Below are positions 47,881 through 59,950 of a stretch of 64,000 bases of DNA, piece by piece. The first letter of the stretch is position 1. Each line of letters starts with the position of its first letter. The stretch lies in contig CM052832.1 in assembly GCA_028534125.1 (NCBI GenBank), forward strand, positions 23,128,001 through 23,192,000, given 5' to 3'. This DNA comes from Lama glama (taxonomy: Eukaryota). Below the pieces are notes generated by a model that did not search any database, was not told where the DNA came from, and was given only the letters and a program-made list of their open reading frames with translations. The position numbers and the translations under genes were made by a program.

Positions 47881-50800
47881 AATATTTGAAGAAATAAAAG
47901 GCAGAAAACTTCCCAAATCTGATGAAAAACATTAATATACATTTCCAAGAAGCTCAATGAACTCCAAGTAAGAGAAACTCAAAGATATCCACACCTAGAC
48001 ACATAATCAAACTGTCAGAAGTCTTGCTACTTTTTTGCTGAAAGTAGCAAGAGAGAAACAACTCATCATGTACAATGGGTCTTCAATAAGATTAACAGTG
48101 ATTTCTCATCAGAAACCATGGAGATAGAAAACAGTAGGATGACTCATTCAAAGTGAAGAAAGAACAGCTGTCAACCAAGAAAGCTATATCCAGCAAAACT
48201 GTTCTTCAAAAACAAAGGAGAAAACAAGACATTCTCAGATAAACAGAAGCTGAATGTGTCACTAGCAGACCTACCCTACAAGAAATACTAAAGTGAGTCT
48301 TTCAGGATGAAATTAAAAGACCCTAGAGAACAACTCAAATTTACATGAAGAAATAAAGGTATAATGAAATAAAGGCAATTCCAAAGCTAAATATAAAAGA
48401 CAGCATAACTGCATTTTTTGTTTGTAACATATACCTTTTCCCCCTATTTAACTTAAAATACAACTACATAAATCAATAATTACAATTTTGTATTCATGGG
48501 TATAGAATGTATAAAAATGTAATTTGCATGGCAATGTCAGCACCAAAAGGAAGGAGAGAATGGAGTTATATAGAAATAAGTATTTTTATATCCTTCTAAT
48601 TAAGCTTTATTAATCTGACTTAGATTGCTAAAAATTAAGATGTCAATTATAATGCCCAATACAACTCAGTAATAACTCAAAAATATGTAGGCAAAGAAAC
48701 ATAAAAATTAAAATGGTATACTAAAAATTATCTGCTTAATCCAAAAGCAGGCAGCAATGGAGGAAGTGATGAACAGAAAATGTATAAGTCTTATAAAAAC
48801 AATAGCAATGATAGATATAAATTTTAACTTATCAGCAATACATTAAATATAAATGGACTAAACATTTCAATCCAAAGACAAAGATGGGCAGAATGAATAA
48901 AAATAGAAAAAATGAACCAAATATAAATTATTCACTGTCTACAAAGTATACATTTTTAGATTCAAAGACACAAATAGATTAAAAGCAAAAAGATGGGAAA
49001 AGACATACAATGCCAAGAGCAGTCCAAAGAGAGCTGGAGTGGCTACACTAATACAAGGCACAATAGACTTTAAAATCAAAATTGTTACTAGAGATAAAGA
49101 AGGACATTTTATAATGACAAAAAGATGAATTAATCAAGAAAACATCACAATTATAACAGAACCCCAAAGTACATGAAATAAAAATTGACAGAATTGAAGA
49201 GACAAACTGACATTTCAACAACAGTTGGAGACTTTTTCTTATCCCATAATTAGTGGAACAATTAGACAGAAGATCAATAAGGAAACAGAACACTTGAACA
49301 ACACCATATACCAACTAGACCTAATACATATTTATAAAACACTCCACCCAACAAGAAAAGTATACACATTCTTCTCAAGTGCACGTGGAACACTCTCTAT
49401 GTTAGCCCACAAAGCAAGTCTCAAATTTTTAAAGGATTGAACTTCATAGAAATAGAAAAAATTGTAAGAGAATACTATGAAAAATTATATATGTCAACAA
49501 ATTAGATAATCCAAATAAAATGAACAAATCTCTAGGAAGATAGACACTACTAAAATTAACTCAAGAGAAATAGAAAATATGAATAGGCCTATAACAAATA
49601 ATATGATGGCATTAGTGACCAGAAACTCCCAGGATTAGATGGCTCCACCACTCAGTACTATCAAATATTCAAAGAATTCATATAAATATTTCACAAACTC
49701 TTCAAAAAAATAGAAGAGGAAAAAACACTTCCTAACTCCTTCTATGAGTCCAATACTGCCTTGAAACCAAAACTAGACACTCATGATTAGAAAACTACCA
49801 ACCAATATTCCTTATGAATAGCAATGTAAAAATCCTGAAAAAATACTAGCAAACAAAATTCAGCAACATATAAAAAGGATTATATACACTATATGACCAA
49901 GGGGAAATTATCCTAAGAATACAAGAAGGGATCAACATATAAAAATTAATCAATGCAGCACCATATTAGAAGAAAAAACAGTTAAAAGCCAGCTGATCAT
50001 CCATACAGATACAGAAAAAGCAATGGACAAAATCTAAAACCTTACATGACAAAAACATTCAACAAATTAGGAATAGAAGGGCATAATAAAGGGCACCTAT
50101 TTTAAAAAAAGAAAAGAAACGCAGCAAATATCATATTTCATGGTGAAAGACTAAAAGCTTGAAAGATCAGAGATAATACAAAGATGTCCATTCTTATCAC
50201 TTTGAGTCAACATTGTATTAGAGATTCTAGCTATGACAATTAGGTAAGAAAATAAAGTCATCCAGATTCAAAAAAAAGAAGTAAAATTATGTCTATCTGC
50301 AGATGACATAGTCTTCTTATAAAGAGAAAAATCATAATGTACCACACACAAAAAAAACTATGAGAACTAGTAAATGCATTTAGCAAGAGATTAAGATATA
50401 AGATCAATGTGCAAAGTCAACTGTACATCTATACATTAGTAATAAACAATCTGAAAATGAAAATAAGAAGACAATTTTATTTATAATAGCAATAAAAAGG
50501 ATAAATGCTTAGGAACAAATCTAACCAAAAACAGTGTAAAATCTATACACTAAAAACTACAAAACATCATTGAAAGAAATTAAAGAGTATCTACAAAATG
50601 GAAAGATATCCTGAGTCCATGTATTGAAGAATTAAATACTTTAAGATGAATATATTCCCCAAATCAATCTACAGACTCAATACAATGTCTGTCAAAATCC
50701 AAGTTGTCTTTTTTGCACAAATTGAAAATCTGACCCTAAACTTCATATGGAAATGCATGAGAAGCAAAATATTCAAAAACAATCTTGAAAAAGAATTACA

Positions 50801-52238
50801 AAGTTAGAAGACTCACATTTCCTGATTTCAAAACATACTACAAAGCCACATTAATCAAGACTGTATGGTACTTTCATAAGGATAGATAAATAGAACAATG
50901 GAATAAAATGGAGAATTCAGAAGTAAACCCATACACTTTCGATCAATTGATTTCTGACAAGTATGCAAAGATAACTCAATGGAGAAAGAATAGCCTTGTC
51001 ACCTGATAGTGCTGGGACAACTGGATATCACACACAGAAGAATAAAGTTAGATCTCAACCTGACACCACAAACCAGAATTAACTCAGAATGAACCAAATA
51101 CCTAAATGGAAGAGACAAACCTATAAACTACTGGAAGAAAACACAGGCATTAATCTTCATGACCTTTAGGTTAGTCAATGGTTTCCTAGAAGTGATACCA
51201 AAAACGCAGGCAAAAACAATAAAAATAGATAAATTAGACTTCTTCAAAATTAAAAACTTTTGTGTTTCATATGACAATATCAAGAATGTGAATACAACGC
51301 CCTGAAAGAAGAAAATATTTGCAAATAATACATCTGATAAGGGACTAATATCCAGAATACATAAAAACTCTTATAACTCAACAATAAAAGACAAATAACC
51401 CACTTTTATTATGGCCAAAGGATTTGAATGAGCATTTCTTGAAAGAATATAAACAGATGGCCAATAAGCACATGAAAAAATGCTTCACATCATTAGTCAT
51501 TAGGAAAATGCAAGTCAATATCACAATGAGATATCACTTCATACTCACTAAGATGGCTACAATCAAAAGGACAGACAATGTCTTTAGGATGCAGAGAAAC
51601 TGGAGTCCTTATATACTGCTGGTGGGAATGTAAAATGTTACAGCCACTTTGGAAAACAGTTCAGCAGCTCCTCAAATAGTTAAACATATATTTATCATAT
51701 GACCCAATAATCCACTCCTAGAAACACACCCAAGAGAATTCAAAACACACAAAAATTTGTACACAGATGTTCAAAGCAGCACTACTTATAATAGCCAAAA
51801 AGTGGAAATAACCTAAATGTCCATCAACTGATGAATGGATAAACAAAATGTGGTATATCCATTCAATAGTATATTATTCAGTCATAAAAGAAATGAAATG
51901 CTGCTATATGCTACAACATAGATGAACCCTGAAAACATTATGCTAAGTGAAAGAAGCCAAACACAAAAGGCTACATATTGTATTGTTCCAAGTGTCCAAG
52001 GTACTCTAAGGTAAATCCATAGAGACAGAAAGTAGATTGGTAAGTAGATCCTGGAGGCTGTAGGGAAGGGAGAATGGAGAGTGACTGTCAGTGGATACTG
52101 GATTTCTTAGTACAAAAAAATTCTAAAATTAGATGGCACTGATGGCTGTACATTCTGTGAATATATTGAAAATCACTGTACACTTTAAGTGGACACGTAT
52201 CATAGTATGTGAATTAAATCTCAATAAAAAATTTTAAA
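47881..52238 (+). mobile_element. L1MB7/8-like LINE-1: 3' part of ORF1, internally deleted and inactivated ORF2, 3'UTR
   Basis: ORF1 GAAAACTTCCCAAATCTGATGAAA...CACACCTAGACACAT. ORF2 peptides RQKINKETEHLNNTIYQLDL..YTFFSSA and QMANKHMKKCFTSL. 3'UTR AAATCCATAGAGACAGAAAGTAGATT...TGTGAATTAAATCTCAATAAA. Many stops and frameshifts. Confidence 0.95.
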
Positions 52239-52239
52239 A

Positions 52240-52745
52240 GGACTTATGCCACTCAGTGATGCCACACCTAAGTATATATTCTATGGAGAAACTTTCACAA
52301 GGAAACATGTCTGTGATTTTTTTATACAGCTGGACACTCTATAGCAGTTTAAATGCACCAGAGCATGTGTACTAATGCATTTGAGTGAGAAGCTAAAGAA
52401 GCACAGAACACATTTAACAGAGATGGAAAACAGGCAAAGCAATGTTATAAATTATTTATGGATAACATACAGTATAGGTATAAAATATTCACAAGAATTA
52501 AAACTCCATGTTCAGGATACTTGTTACCTCTGCAGATGGCAGGAGAGAAATGGGATCAGGTTAGTTACAGGGGCTTCAACTGTATCTGTAAGATTTTAAC
52601 TTGGAAGGGAGAAAGGAGGTAGGGAGAAAAATAGATCTGAAGCAAATTTTTCAAGTTATTATATGAATGAGCTGGGTGGTAAACACATTTTTTATATTAG
52701 TATCTATACTTTTCTATAATGTGAAACATTCTATAACAAAAAGAA
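52240..52745 (+). mobile_element. Older L1ME-like 3'UTR fragment
   Basis: GTTCAGGATACTTGTTACCTCTG..GGAGAGAAATGGGATCAGG..CAGGGGCTTCAACTGTATCTGTAA..ATCTGAAGCAAA. Confidence 0.6.
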
Positions 52746-53164
52746 AGATATGCTACTATTTAAGTATATATTTATTCTATATATCAATGGATACAGATAT
52801 ACCCAAACATGATCAAATATAATTTGACTTTAACACACCAGCTCTTCCAAGTGTAGAGACCAGAGAAACCAGAGCTTAAAGTAGCTTACTAGGCTACTGA
52901 GGTACTTTGCCAATTAATTTTCTTAGAGAGCTTCTTTCAATCTTAAGATGATGTTTTTTAATGTTTGAAAAATCAATTCATGATTATTCTTAATATTTGG
53001 AAATTATGACAGAGTATAAATAATTCAGTATAAAATTATACATAATCATACTGTTGAGAGATAGCCATTGTTTACGTCTGTATGGGTATATATTCTTTCA
53101 ATCTTTTTCTTATGGCAGACATATATCTTTTTATATAAAATTAGGGTCATGTTACTCACATGTA

Positions 53165-54107
53165 AATTAGATTGTCATTTATCTGCTGAAAACCTCCAAT
53201 GCCTTTCTAATACCCTCAGATAAAGTCTAAACTCTTCACCAAACCTTGGCCTCAGAGACCCTGTATGATGTAGGCCTGCTGCCTCATCTCCTCTCCCTCT
53301 CCCCACCACCTATTCTGTTAAACCTCACTAGCCTCTTGTGAGGCCAAGCTTGCTTCCAACACAGTACTTTTGCACACGCTCTTTTTTCTTCCCAGGATGC
53401 TCTTCTCTCATGTAATTATTGTTCATCAAATACTCACTCACTTCTCCCATTCTAGATGGAATATGCTTCCCTGTCCCACTGATATTTGGCTTGTTGGGGT
53501 GATATGCTTTGAAATTTGCAGTGGAATGTTAGCAAACATGTCTCAAATAACAGTTTGCAATATGCTGGGGTGGCGGGGTTTCTCCTCTTGTGCCTCTGTC
53601 ATCACCACCAGGAGAACACGCCCCAGCTTAGAGGGATGAGACTCACAGGACGCAGGCCTGGGCATAATTTCCAACTCGGCACCAAGCCCTGCCAAGCCCA
53701 GGCTGAATCAGCTAAGCTCTGTCTCCCTACGTCAGAGAGAATAAATTGTGGAGAGAACAAATTATTTTAACTTATTTTAAACCACTGAGTTTTGTGGTGG
53801 TTTATATCCAATATTATTACGGCAGTAGCTTATGGATATATCCTGTATCTTTACATAACTTATTCTTGGGCTTCATTCAGATCTTGATTCGTGTGTCGCC
53901 TTCTTTAAATCACTTTCTATCCCCTTGACTCGGTTTTATATTTATCCATACATTGATCATAATCATATGTGTATTTGTTTACTGTCTCCCCATTAGAATG
54001 TAAGCTCATGAGAACAAACATTTTATATTGCTCACTGCAGTCTCTCCAATGCCTAGAATGTGCCTTGCACATTATACATACTCAATAAATAATTCTTGAG
54101 TGAGTGA
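53165..54107 (+). mobile_element. L2 3' end interrupted by an MLT1 LTR
   Basis: CTGAAAACCTCCAATGCC...TGTCTCCCCATTAGAATGTAAGCTCATGAG...CTCAATAAATAATTCTTGAGTGAGTGA. Confidence 0.85.
53411..53840 (+). mobile_element. MLT1H-like MaLR solo LTR
   Basis: TGGAATGTTAGCAAACATG, CTCTTGTGCCTCTGTCATCACCA, TTTAAACCACTGAGTTTTGTGGTGGTTT...TAGCTTATGGATATA. Confidence 0.8.
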
Positions 54108-54129
54108 CTATTTGGATCTCCTGCTTCTT

Positions 54130-54665
54130 TTAAACTTAGTGTCATACCATAGACATTTAGTTTTAGACATTTACTTTGCTCTTTACTTTTGCTATTATAA
54201 TTAACGTGATAAATACCCTAGGACATAAATCTTTCAGTATATCTCTGATTATTTCCATAGAACAAATGTCTAAATCAAATGTTTTGAACAAATTTGGAAT
54301 TCTAAATGTATTTGAAAAATTTTTCCTCTCTCAAGGTTTGCATAGATTTTTACCTTGGCCTATAACAAGGGAAAGGTTTTTACCAAACTCTAGCCAAAAC
54401 TTAGTTTTGGCCTTTTTTATCAATAAGGTTTAAAATGGTATGCCATTGCTTTAATTTGCATTCTCTGTATTATTGATAAGGTTAAACTTTTTCTACATGA
54501 ATGACACATCGTTATTAATTCTTTGAGAAATGTGTATTCATGTTCTTTGCCCAGTTTTTCTATTTCTATGTTAAGTTTTTCCTCACTGATTTCTTAAGAA
54601 CTCTTTATACCTTAAAGTTTTGTGGAGTGTCTCAAACATTGTAAATATTTTTTCCAACTTTTTTT
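54130..54665 (-). mobile_element. L1ME-like fragment (probably continuous with 52960-53155)
   Basis: AAAATGGTATGCCATTGCTTTAATTTGCATTCTCTG...TGTTCTTTGCCCAGTTTTTCTATT. Confidence 0.7.
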
Positions 54666-54689
54666 GGAATTTTAAGCCATTAAAGGATA

Positions 54690-54880
54690 GTATATACAAT
54701 ACTGACTTTTCAGTCAGGAAGAACTGAATTTGAACACCAGTTTTAACACCAGTCTTCTTAACAGTATGATCTTGAGCAACTTATTTATCCTCAAAAACTT
54801 CACTTTCTCATCTGTAAAATGTGACATATAATACCTACTATGTAGGATTGGCATGACGATTAAGATAGATAATATATGTC
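54690..54880 (+). mobile_element. MIR SINE
   Basis: ATGATCTTGAGCAACTTATTTATCCTC...TTTCTCATCTGTAAAATG...ATACCTAC..TAGGATTG. Confidence 0.8.
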
Positions 54881-55260
54881 TAGTCAGTTAATGTTCTTTT
54901 GTTTTAAGCAACATGAACTCTGATTAATTTAAGCACAACAATGTATTAGAAAGATACTGAGACAGCTCACCAAATTATGGAAGAGGTAAGCAATCAGGCC
55001 CCAGGAAGAGCAAAAACCACGGCAGCCCTGGGAGTCAGCAGCAGGGGCCCTTCCATACACTGCCCAGCTAAGGTCCAGCCACCGCATGACCCAGCTCTAG
55101 TTGCTCTTTGTCCCTGGTGTCTTCACTCAATATTCAAATTCCCAGTTGAGCGAATTTGACTGGCTTAATGTAGATGATATGCCCCCCTTTATAACCAGGA
55201 AACAGGGTTTGACTATAGAAGGAAGAGGTAGTAAGTGTGTGAAGCACACAGCCCCAGTCA
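54880..55260 (-). mobile_element. Old MLT1 (MLT1K/L/N-like) LTR
   Basis: TAGTCAG...AAGCAACATGAACTCTGATTAATTTAAGCA...TATTAGAAAGATACTGAGACAGCTCAC. Confidence 0.55.
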
Positions 55261-55272
55261 AATAACAAACAA

Positions 55273-55450
55273 GAGGGTAGGAAGGGAAGGTAAGAAGGGA
55301 AGAGAATGAGGGGGAGAGAGAAGGGGAGAGGAAGGGAAAAGGAAAGAAAGAAAGAACAGACGAAAGAGAGAAAGAAAGGGAGGGAGGAAGGAAGGAGCAG
55401 GAGGAAGGAAGGAGAGGTAGAAAGGACGGAAGGGGAAGGGAGAGAGGCAA
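55273..55450. repeat. Polypurine (G/A-rich) low-complexity tract
   Basis: About 175 bp almost exclusively A/G on the plus strand, built from GGAA/GAAA/GGAG units. Confidence 0.9.
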
Positions 55451-56051
55451 GCTACTTCCACACAGGGCTAAGCTCCTCATCTGCCCCTTCAGTAAACTGG
55501 CAAAAACAGTATTCATTCATAATACTATGCAACATTCTTCTCTGGATTTTACACATATTTAGAAAAAAGAGATTACTGAAGTCAGAATCTTAAACAAGCT
55601 TCCCATGGTAAGTTATCTTTCACTCTTACTGAACTTATTCCCAAGAGAACCAGCCCCTGAATCAAGCTGAAAATCTTCTCGGCACTCTAAGGGCTTAATG
55701 CTTAGTAGCAACCATAAGGCAGCAGCAGGCCTCTTCCATTGACTCTGCTTCCCTAGGACATGCTATGCACATTTAATTGTGCTCTTGACTAGAACAGAAC
55801 CATGAATGGAACAAGTACTTGAACACAACCTTTCAGAAGATTTAATATTTCAAAGCCAAAATAGAAATAAAATAGTATCAAGTTTTCAAATTTATATAAC
55901 GTAACCATGATGGAAAATACTCCCAAAAAAGGGCTTAACCCTTCCAAGACTTAATTTCCTGGCTTTAAAATGAATTCAATGGTATCTACCTCTTATGATT
56001 ACTCTGAAAATTAAAACAAGATGAAAATAAGATTAAAACTGTAAACACCTT

Positions 56052-56163
56052 GGGGGAGGGTGTAGCTCAAGTGGTAGAGAGGATACTTAGCATGCACGAG
56101 GTCCTGGGTTCAATCCCTGGGACCTCCTATAAAAATAAGTAAATCTAATTACCTCCCCCGGCC
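56052..56163 (+). mobile_element. tRNA-Ala-derived camelid SINE (vic-1-type) with 18-bp TSD
   Basis: GGGGGAGGGTGTAGCTCAAGTGGTAGAG..CTTAGCATGCACGAGGTCCTGGGTTCAATCCC...CTAATTACCTCCCCC. TSD TAAAACTGTAAACACCTT (56034-56051) and TAAAATTGTGAACACCTT (56164-56181). Confidence 0.92.
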
Positions 56164-56329
56164 TAAAATTGTGAACACCTTATAATAGAAATCCACATTC
56201 CACTATCTCTCTTGCTTTGAGCCAACAGAAAACACTATAAAAACTTTCTCTGCCTGACTTTATATACACACACAAACACACACATATACATATAAGCATA
56301 TAATACATAATGAACAGAAAGCATAATAA

Positions 56330-56540
56330 TAAAGACCATAATTAAAGCATTTAACAGGAGGCCTACAAAACAACCTGCCTTTATCCCAACATGATGCTGT
56401 TTCACACAACAACGCTGCAAGTTCCATTTTACAGATGAAGAAAGTAAAGCTCAGAAAGTTTAAGCAAGAGGCATGTCAAAGTTCAAAATTATCTCTGAAG
56501 CAAGAGCTCATGCTCTTTCCACTAATCCACATCACCTCCT
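56330..56540 (-). mobile_element. MIR SINE
   Basis: TTCCATTTTACAGATGAAGAAAGTAAAGCTCAGAAAGTTTAAG. Confidence 0.8.
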
Positions 56541-57192
56541 AGAAAGATACAATGATCCACAAAGAAATCATTACAGAACTAGACAACATAGCAATCAACT
56601 GCTCAAGAATGTGATTTCTTCAGCCAGTGTTCTCAAAGAACATGAAGTAACGAATGAGTGGCTTAATGTATCTAACCCCACACCCAGCTTGCCTCACAGG
56701 AGACGTTCAGTATGGGCATATGGGAAAAAAATCTTGTCTGCAGCTTTAGGGGAAGACTGTATGGAGGAAGAGGGATTCTAAATACCATCAAATACTTCTA
56801 GAAGAGTTTGAGAAAACCATCAAATTTTAGATTGGTAAAAATCTTTAATCCCCCTCCCCCCATCCCCTACCCAGCAATTCATATTGTTATTTTTGTTACT
56901 GAAGAAAAGGAAGAAAGAGGAAAAAAGGGGGGAAAGGGAAGGAGAAAAGGAGGAGGAAGAGGGTGGGGGAGAAGATAAGAGCATCCAATCTGTACTAGTC
57001 TGTTATCCATAGTTTCCATGACTAGTATCCTTTGATCATTGTTTCTTCTCCCTGCTGGGTCATAGTATTTAGTCAATCTTTCAAAGAATCTGGTATTTCA
57101 GAGACAAAGGGGAAACTCCAGGATGTCAAGTTTTAAAATTTTGTAGACATCAAATTATTTGTATGATACATAAACATGTTAGAAAATCCTCC

Positions 57193-57228
57193 CAATAAAT
57201 AAATAAATAAATAAATAAATAAGAAAAA
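57193..57228 (+). repeat. (TAAA)n / A-rich tract flanked by a 10-bp direct repeat
   Basis: AAAATCCTCC at 57183-57192 and 57229-57238 flank CAATAAATAAA...AAGAAAAA. Confidence 0.8.
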
Positions 57229-58189
57229 AAAATCCTCCAAAGAGATTTATCCTAAAGTATACTTGATTTGGAAAAAGTCACAGCCCTAAAAGATACTTCA
57301 AATTCTATAAATTGGAGCTGAAATACATATTACACATATTTAACTTTTTTTTTTTTTTTTTTAGTATTTTGGAGATGAATTGTTTTTTCAACCAACATTA
57401 GGAAATTGAGTCAATCAGATTCTCAGAGGGAACACCAAGAGGGCTTCAAAATGCGCATAGCAACTCTCCTCTCTCCGAGTCACACCATCCAGCTAGATTC
57501 TGAATGAGTGGGTGCTCCAACAGGATTGACATCAGACCCACCCATCCCTGGAGGAGTCTTGTTATTAAACGATTTTTCAAAGATTCATCTTCCCCTAGTC
57601 TTCGGAGGCAGTACAGCTGGGAGTCATTAGCTGTAATCATTGGGCAGCCAACACAAAGAGGAAGCAGTGGGGGAATGCTCTGTCTTTCTGTAGCAGCCAT
57701 CTGGGCAGAGGGAATTTGGTTTTAAACCCTAGGGGGTGGAGGAAGTTAGTGGGATCTTGTTATATCTGGACTTGACTTCAGATCTTAAACAAAAGATCTT
57801 TTTTTCCCCGAGATCTCTGCTTTTTGAAAACAGAAGTAAAAGACAGCAGTAGTAAGCTAGTGGCCATCTCACAGGATATTATGGTCAAAGCAGACAATCT
57901 GAAAACACAGGCCAAACGCTTGTTGGTTGGGACCCTATTGCTGGCTTAGAGTTTTTAAAAGAAAAGAGGATCTCATCCTACCATGAGCCATCTCCTTTTC
58001 TCTCCCCTCCCTCCCCATGTTCACAATGAAAAGCATACCTCTTCTACTACCAAAAGAAAGGAAAGAAAGGAAAGATTACATCTGTTTAAGTTCTCCATAC
58101 AGAGAGGCCACGCTTCTAACTTGTTTCATGATACGGAAGTACCACATTTTCATTCCACCTTTTCTCTCTCTTCTCTGAGGATGCTGGTA

Positions 58190-58435
58190 ACATGGTGTAA
58201 TAAATAAAGAGCAAGAACACACTTTGAGGCCAGAAAGTGGCTTTGATCCTGGTTCCACTACTTACTATGTGGTCTTAGCAAATTAAGTCAGCCCTGCACT
58301 TCGGCTCCCTCACCTGTAAAATAAGGATAATAACAGATACCTCATAAAGTGGCTAAGAGAATTAGTGATGATGTGTGTTGAGCACCAAGCATACTCCCTG
58401 GAACATTGCAGGCATTCAATAATTGGTTGCTATTC
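58190..58435 (+). mobile_element. MIR SINE (near full length)
   Basis: TCCTGGTTCCACTACTTACTATGTGGTCTTAGCAA...CACCTGTAAAATAAGGATAATA...GCATTCAATAA. Confidence 0.85.
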
Positions 58436-58569
58436 TTATTTATGGTATTTATACCAAACTTTTAATAAAAGTAACAAAATTCAACAAAATTCACCAAATC
58501 ACATCATAGGATTTGGGGGGTGGGGCAGGAAGTTAACAGAGTTAGTTAAACATGGCTCATACCTCCAAA

Positions 58570-58932
58570 CCAAAGGTCCCCAACTTGAGGATCAATGGGA
58601 CCAAATACTACCTATAGATGTGTGTTTTGGCTTCACAGAATTTTAATTTTTTCATTTATTTTGAGTATCTTAAAATGTAGATTTCCCATTAAAATATATA
58701 TTTCCAGCTTTCCTTGAAAAACTGAAAATTTAGCAAACCTGGGCCAGCATTCCTGAGTGGCAACAAAGGGCTCAGCAGAAAAGGGATCCTCCCTCCAGAG
58801 AGGATATGTGCTCTTCCACTTGCCACAGTCCCCCGCTCCCCAACCCCTTCCCAGCCATGGGGTTCTGACCCCGCTTCACTCATTAACTTACCTTGCCTGG
58901 CCCTTTTAGGTATTCAAATCTGTGATACCTTC
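58570..58932. mobile_element. MER102-like hAT-Charlie element
   Basis: TTTCCAGCTTTCCTTGAAAAACTGAAAATTTAGCAAACCTGGGCCAGCATTCC...TTGCCACAGTCCCC...CACTCATTAACTTACCTTGCCTGGCCC. Confidence 0.8.
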
Positions 58933-59499
58933 TCTAACCCTCTGCCCCTAAGTGCAGATGGCTGAGAATAAGAGGAACATAAAGGTGCTTTGTGAAGGTT
59001 GGGCTGGTAGTTGTGAGGCATGAAGTGAAGAGAAGATCATGTGGCATCTTGATCAGGGGAGCAGCAGGCCAGGGAGCACCAGACCCAGTGACTCCTCCAG
59101 GGACTCGAAGATTTGTCACTTAACTTCAACAGCCCTCAAGTTCTAACATGTAAAAGGCAGCTAATATTTACTCGACATTTTACAAGGTAGATGTGAGGAT
59201 CAAACAATGTAATGCATGTGAGCAAAGTGAAAAATGCTATGTACAAATAAAAGGTAGATTACCAAACAGAATGGACACAATATTTAAAGGAAAAACAGTC
59301 ATTTGCTAGCCCACTTCTAATATTATATCTTCCTGAGAAATCATACAACAAAAAGGGATCTTTAAAATAATTAATCTAGCCCTCAGTTTTACAGCTGAGC
59401 AATCTGAAATACACGGGGCTGCGTCCATGAAGCTTATATACAGCGAAGTAAGAGAAGCGTATGAAAAGGGGAGATGTATGCACTGGGGAGATGCCTAAA

Positions 59500-59950
59500 A
59501 CTGCCAAGTCAGTGCAATTTACAATAAACTCATAGGGTGTTAAAGGAGGACCTCATTTAACCAAAGCAGTCAAGGAAGGCATTCCAGAGAGACAGGCTGT
59601 ACTTCATGAATGATGAGAGAGATAGGGAGGAGTATATGGAAGTTCCAGATGAAGAAAATGCAGGACACTGGGGAGAGAGCAAATAAAACAGCTTGATGGG
59701 TACAGGGAATAGGAGGAAATCAGGCAGGGTGAGTTGGGACCAACTTGGGAACTTTATCCAGAAGGAAGTAGAAAGTACCAGGGTTCTGAAGGAGGAGTGA
59801 TGCCATCAAAGCCATTGAAAGAGCACTGTGACCAGAGCCCTGTGCCTGGTGGTTCAAAGGGGGAGACAGGGACCTACGGTTACGGAATTAATTTTAGCAA
59901 ACTAACAAAAGGACTGGGAAATGATTACAACACTAATGAATACGGAAGAG
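59500..59950 (-). mobile_element. L2 fragment
   Basis: GTCAAGGAAGGCATTCCAGAG...GGAACTTTATCCAGAAGG...GGAGGAGTGATG. Confidence 0.6.

Noticed and set aside
55127..55593. Ser/Pro/Leu-rich and Glu/Arg/Gly-rich ORFs
   Set aside because: Translations of the low-complexity purine tract.
56993..57027. 8-bp inverted repeat TACTAGTC...GACTAGTA
   Set aside because: Expected by chance in a window this size, with no supporting context.
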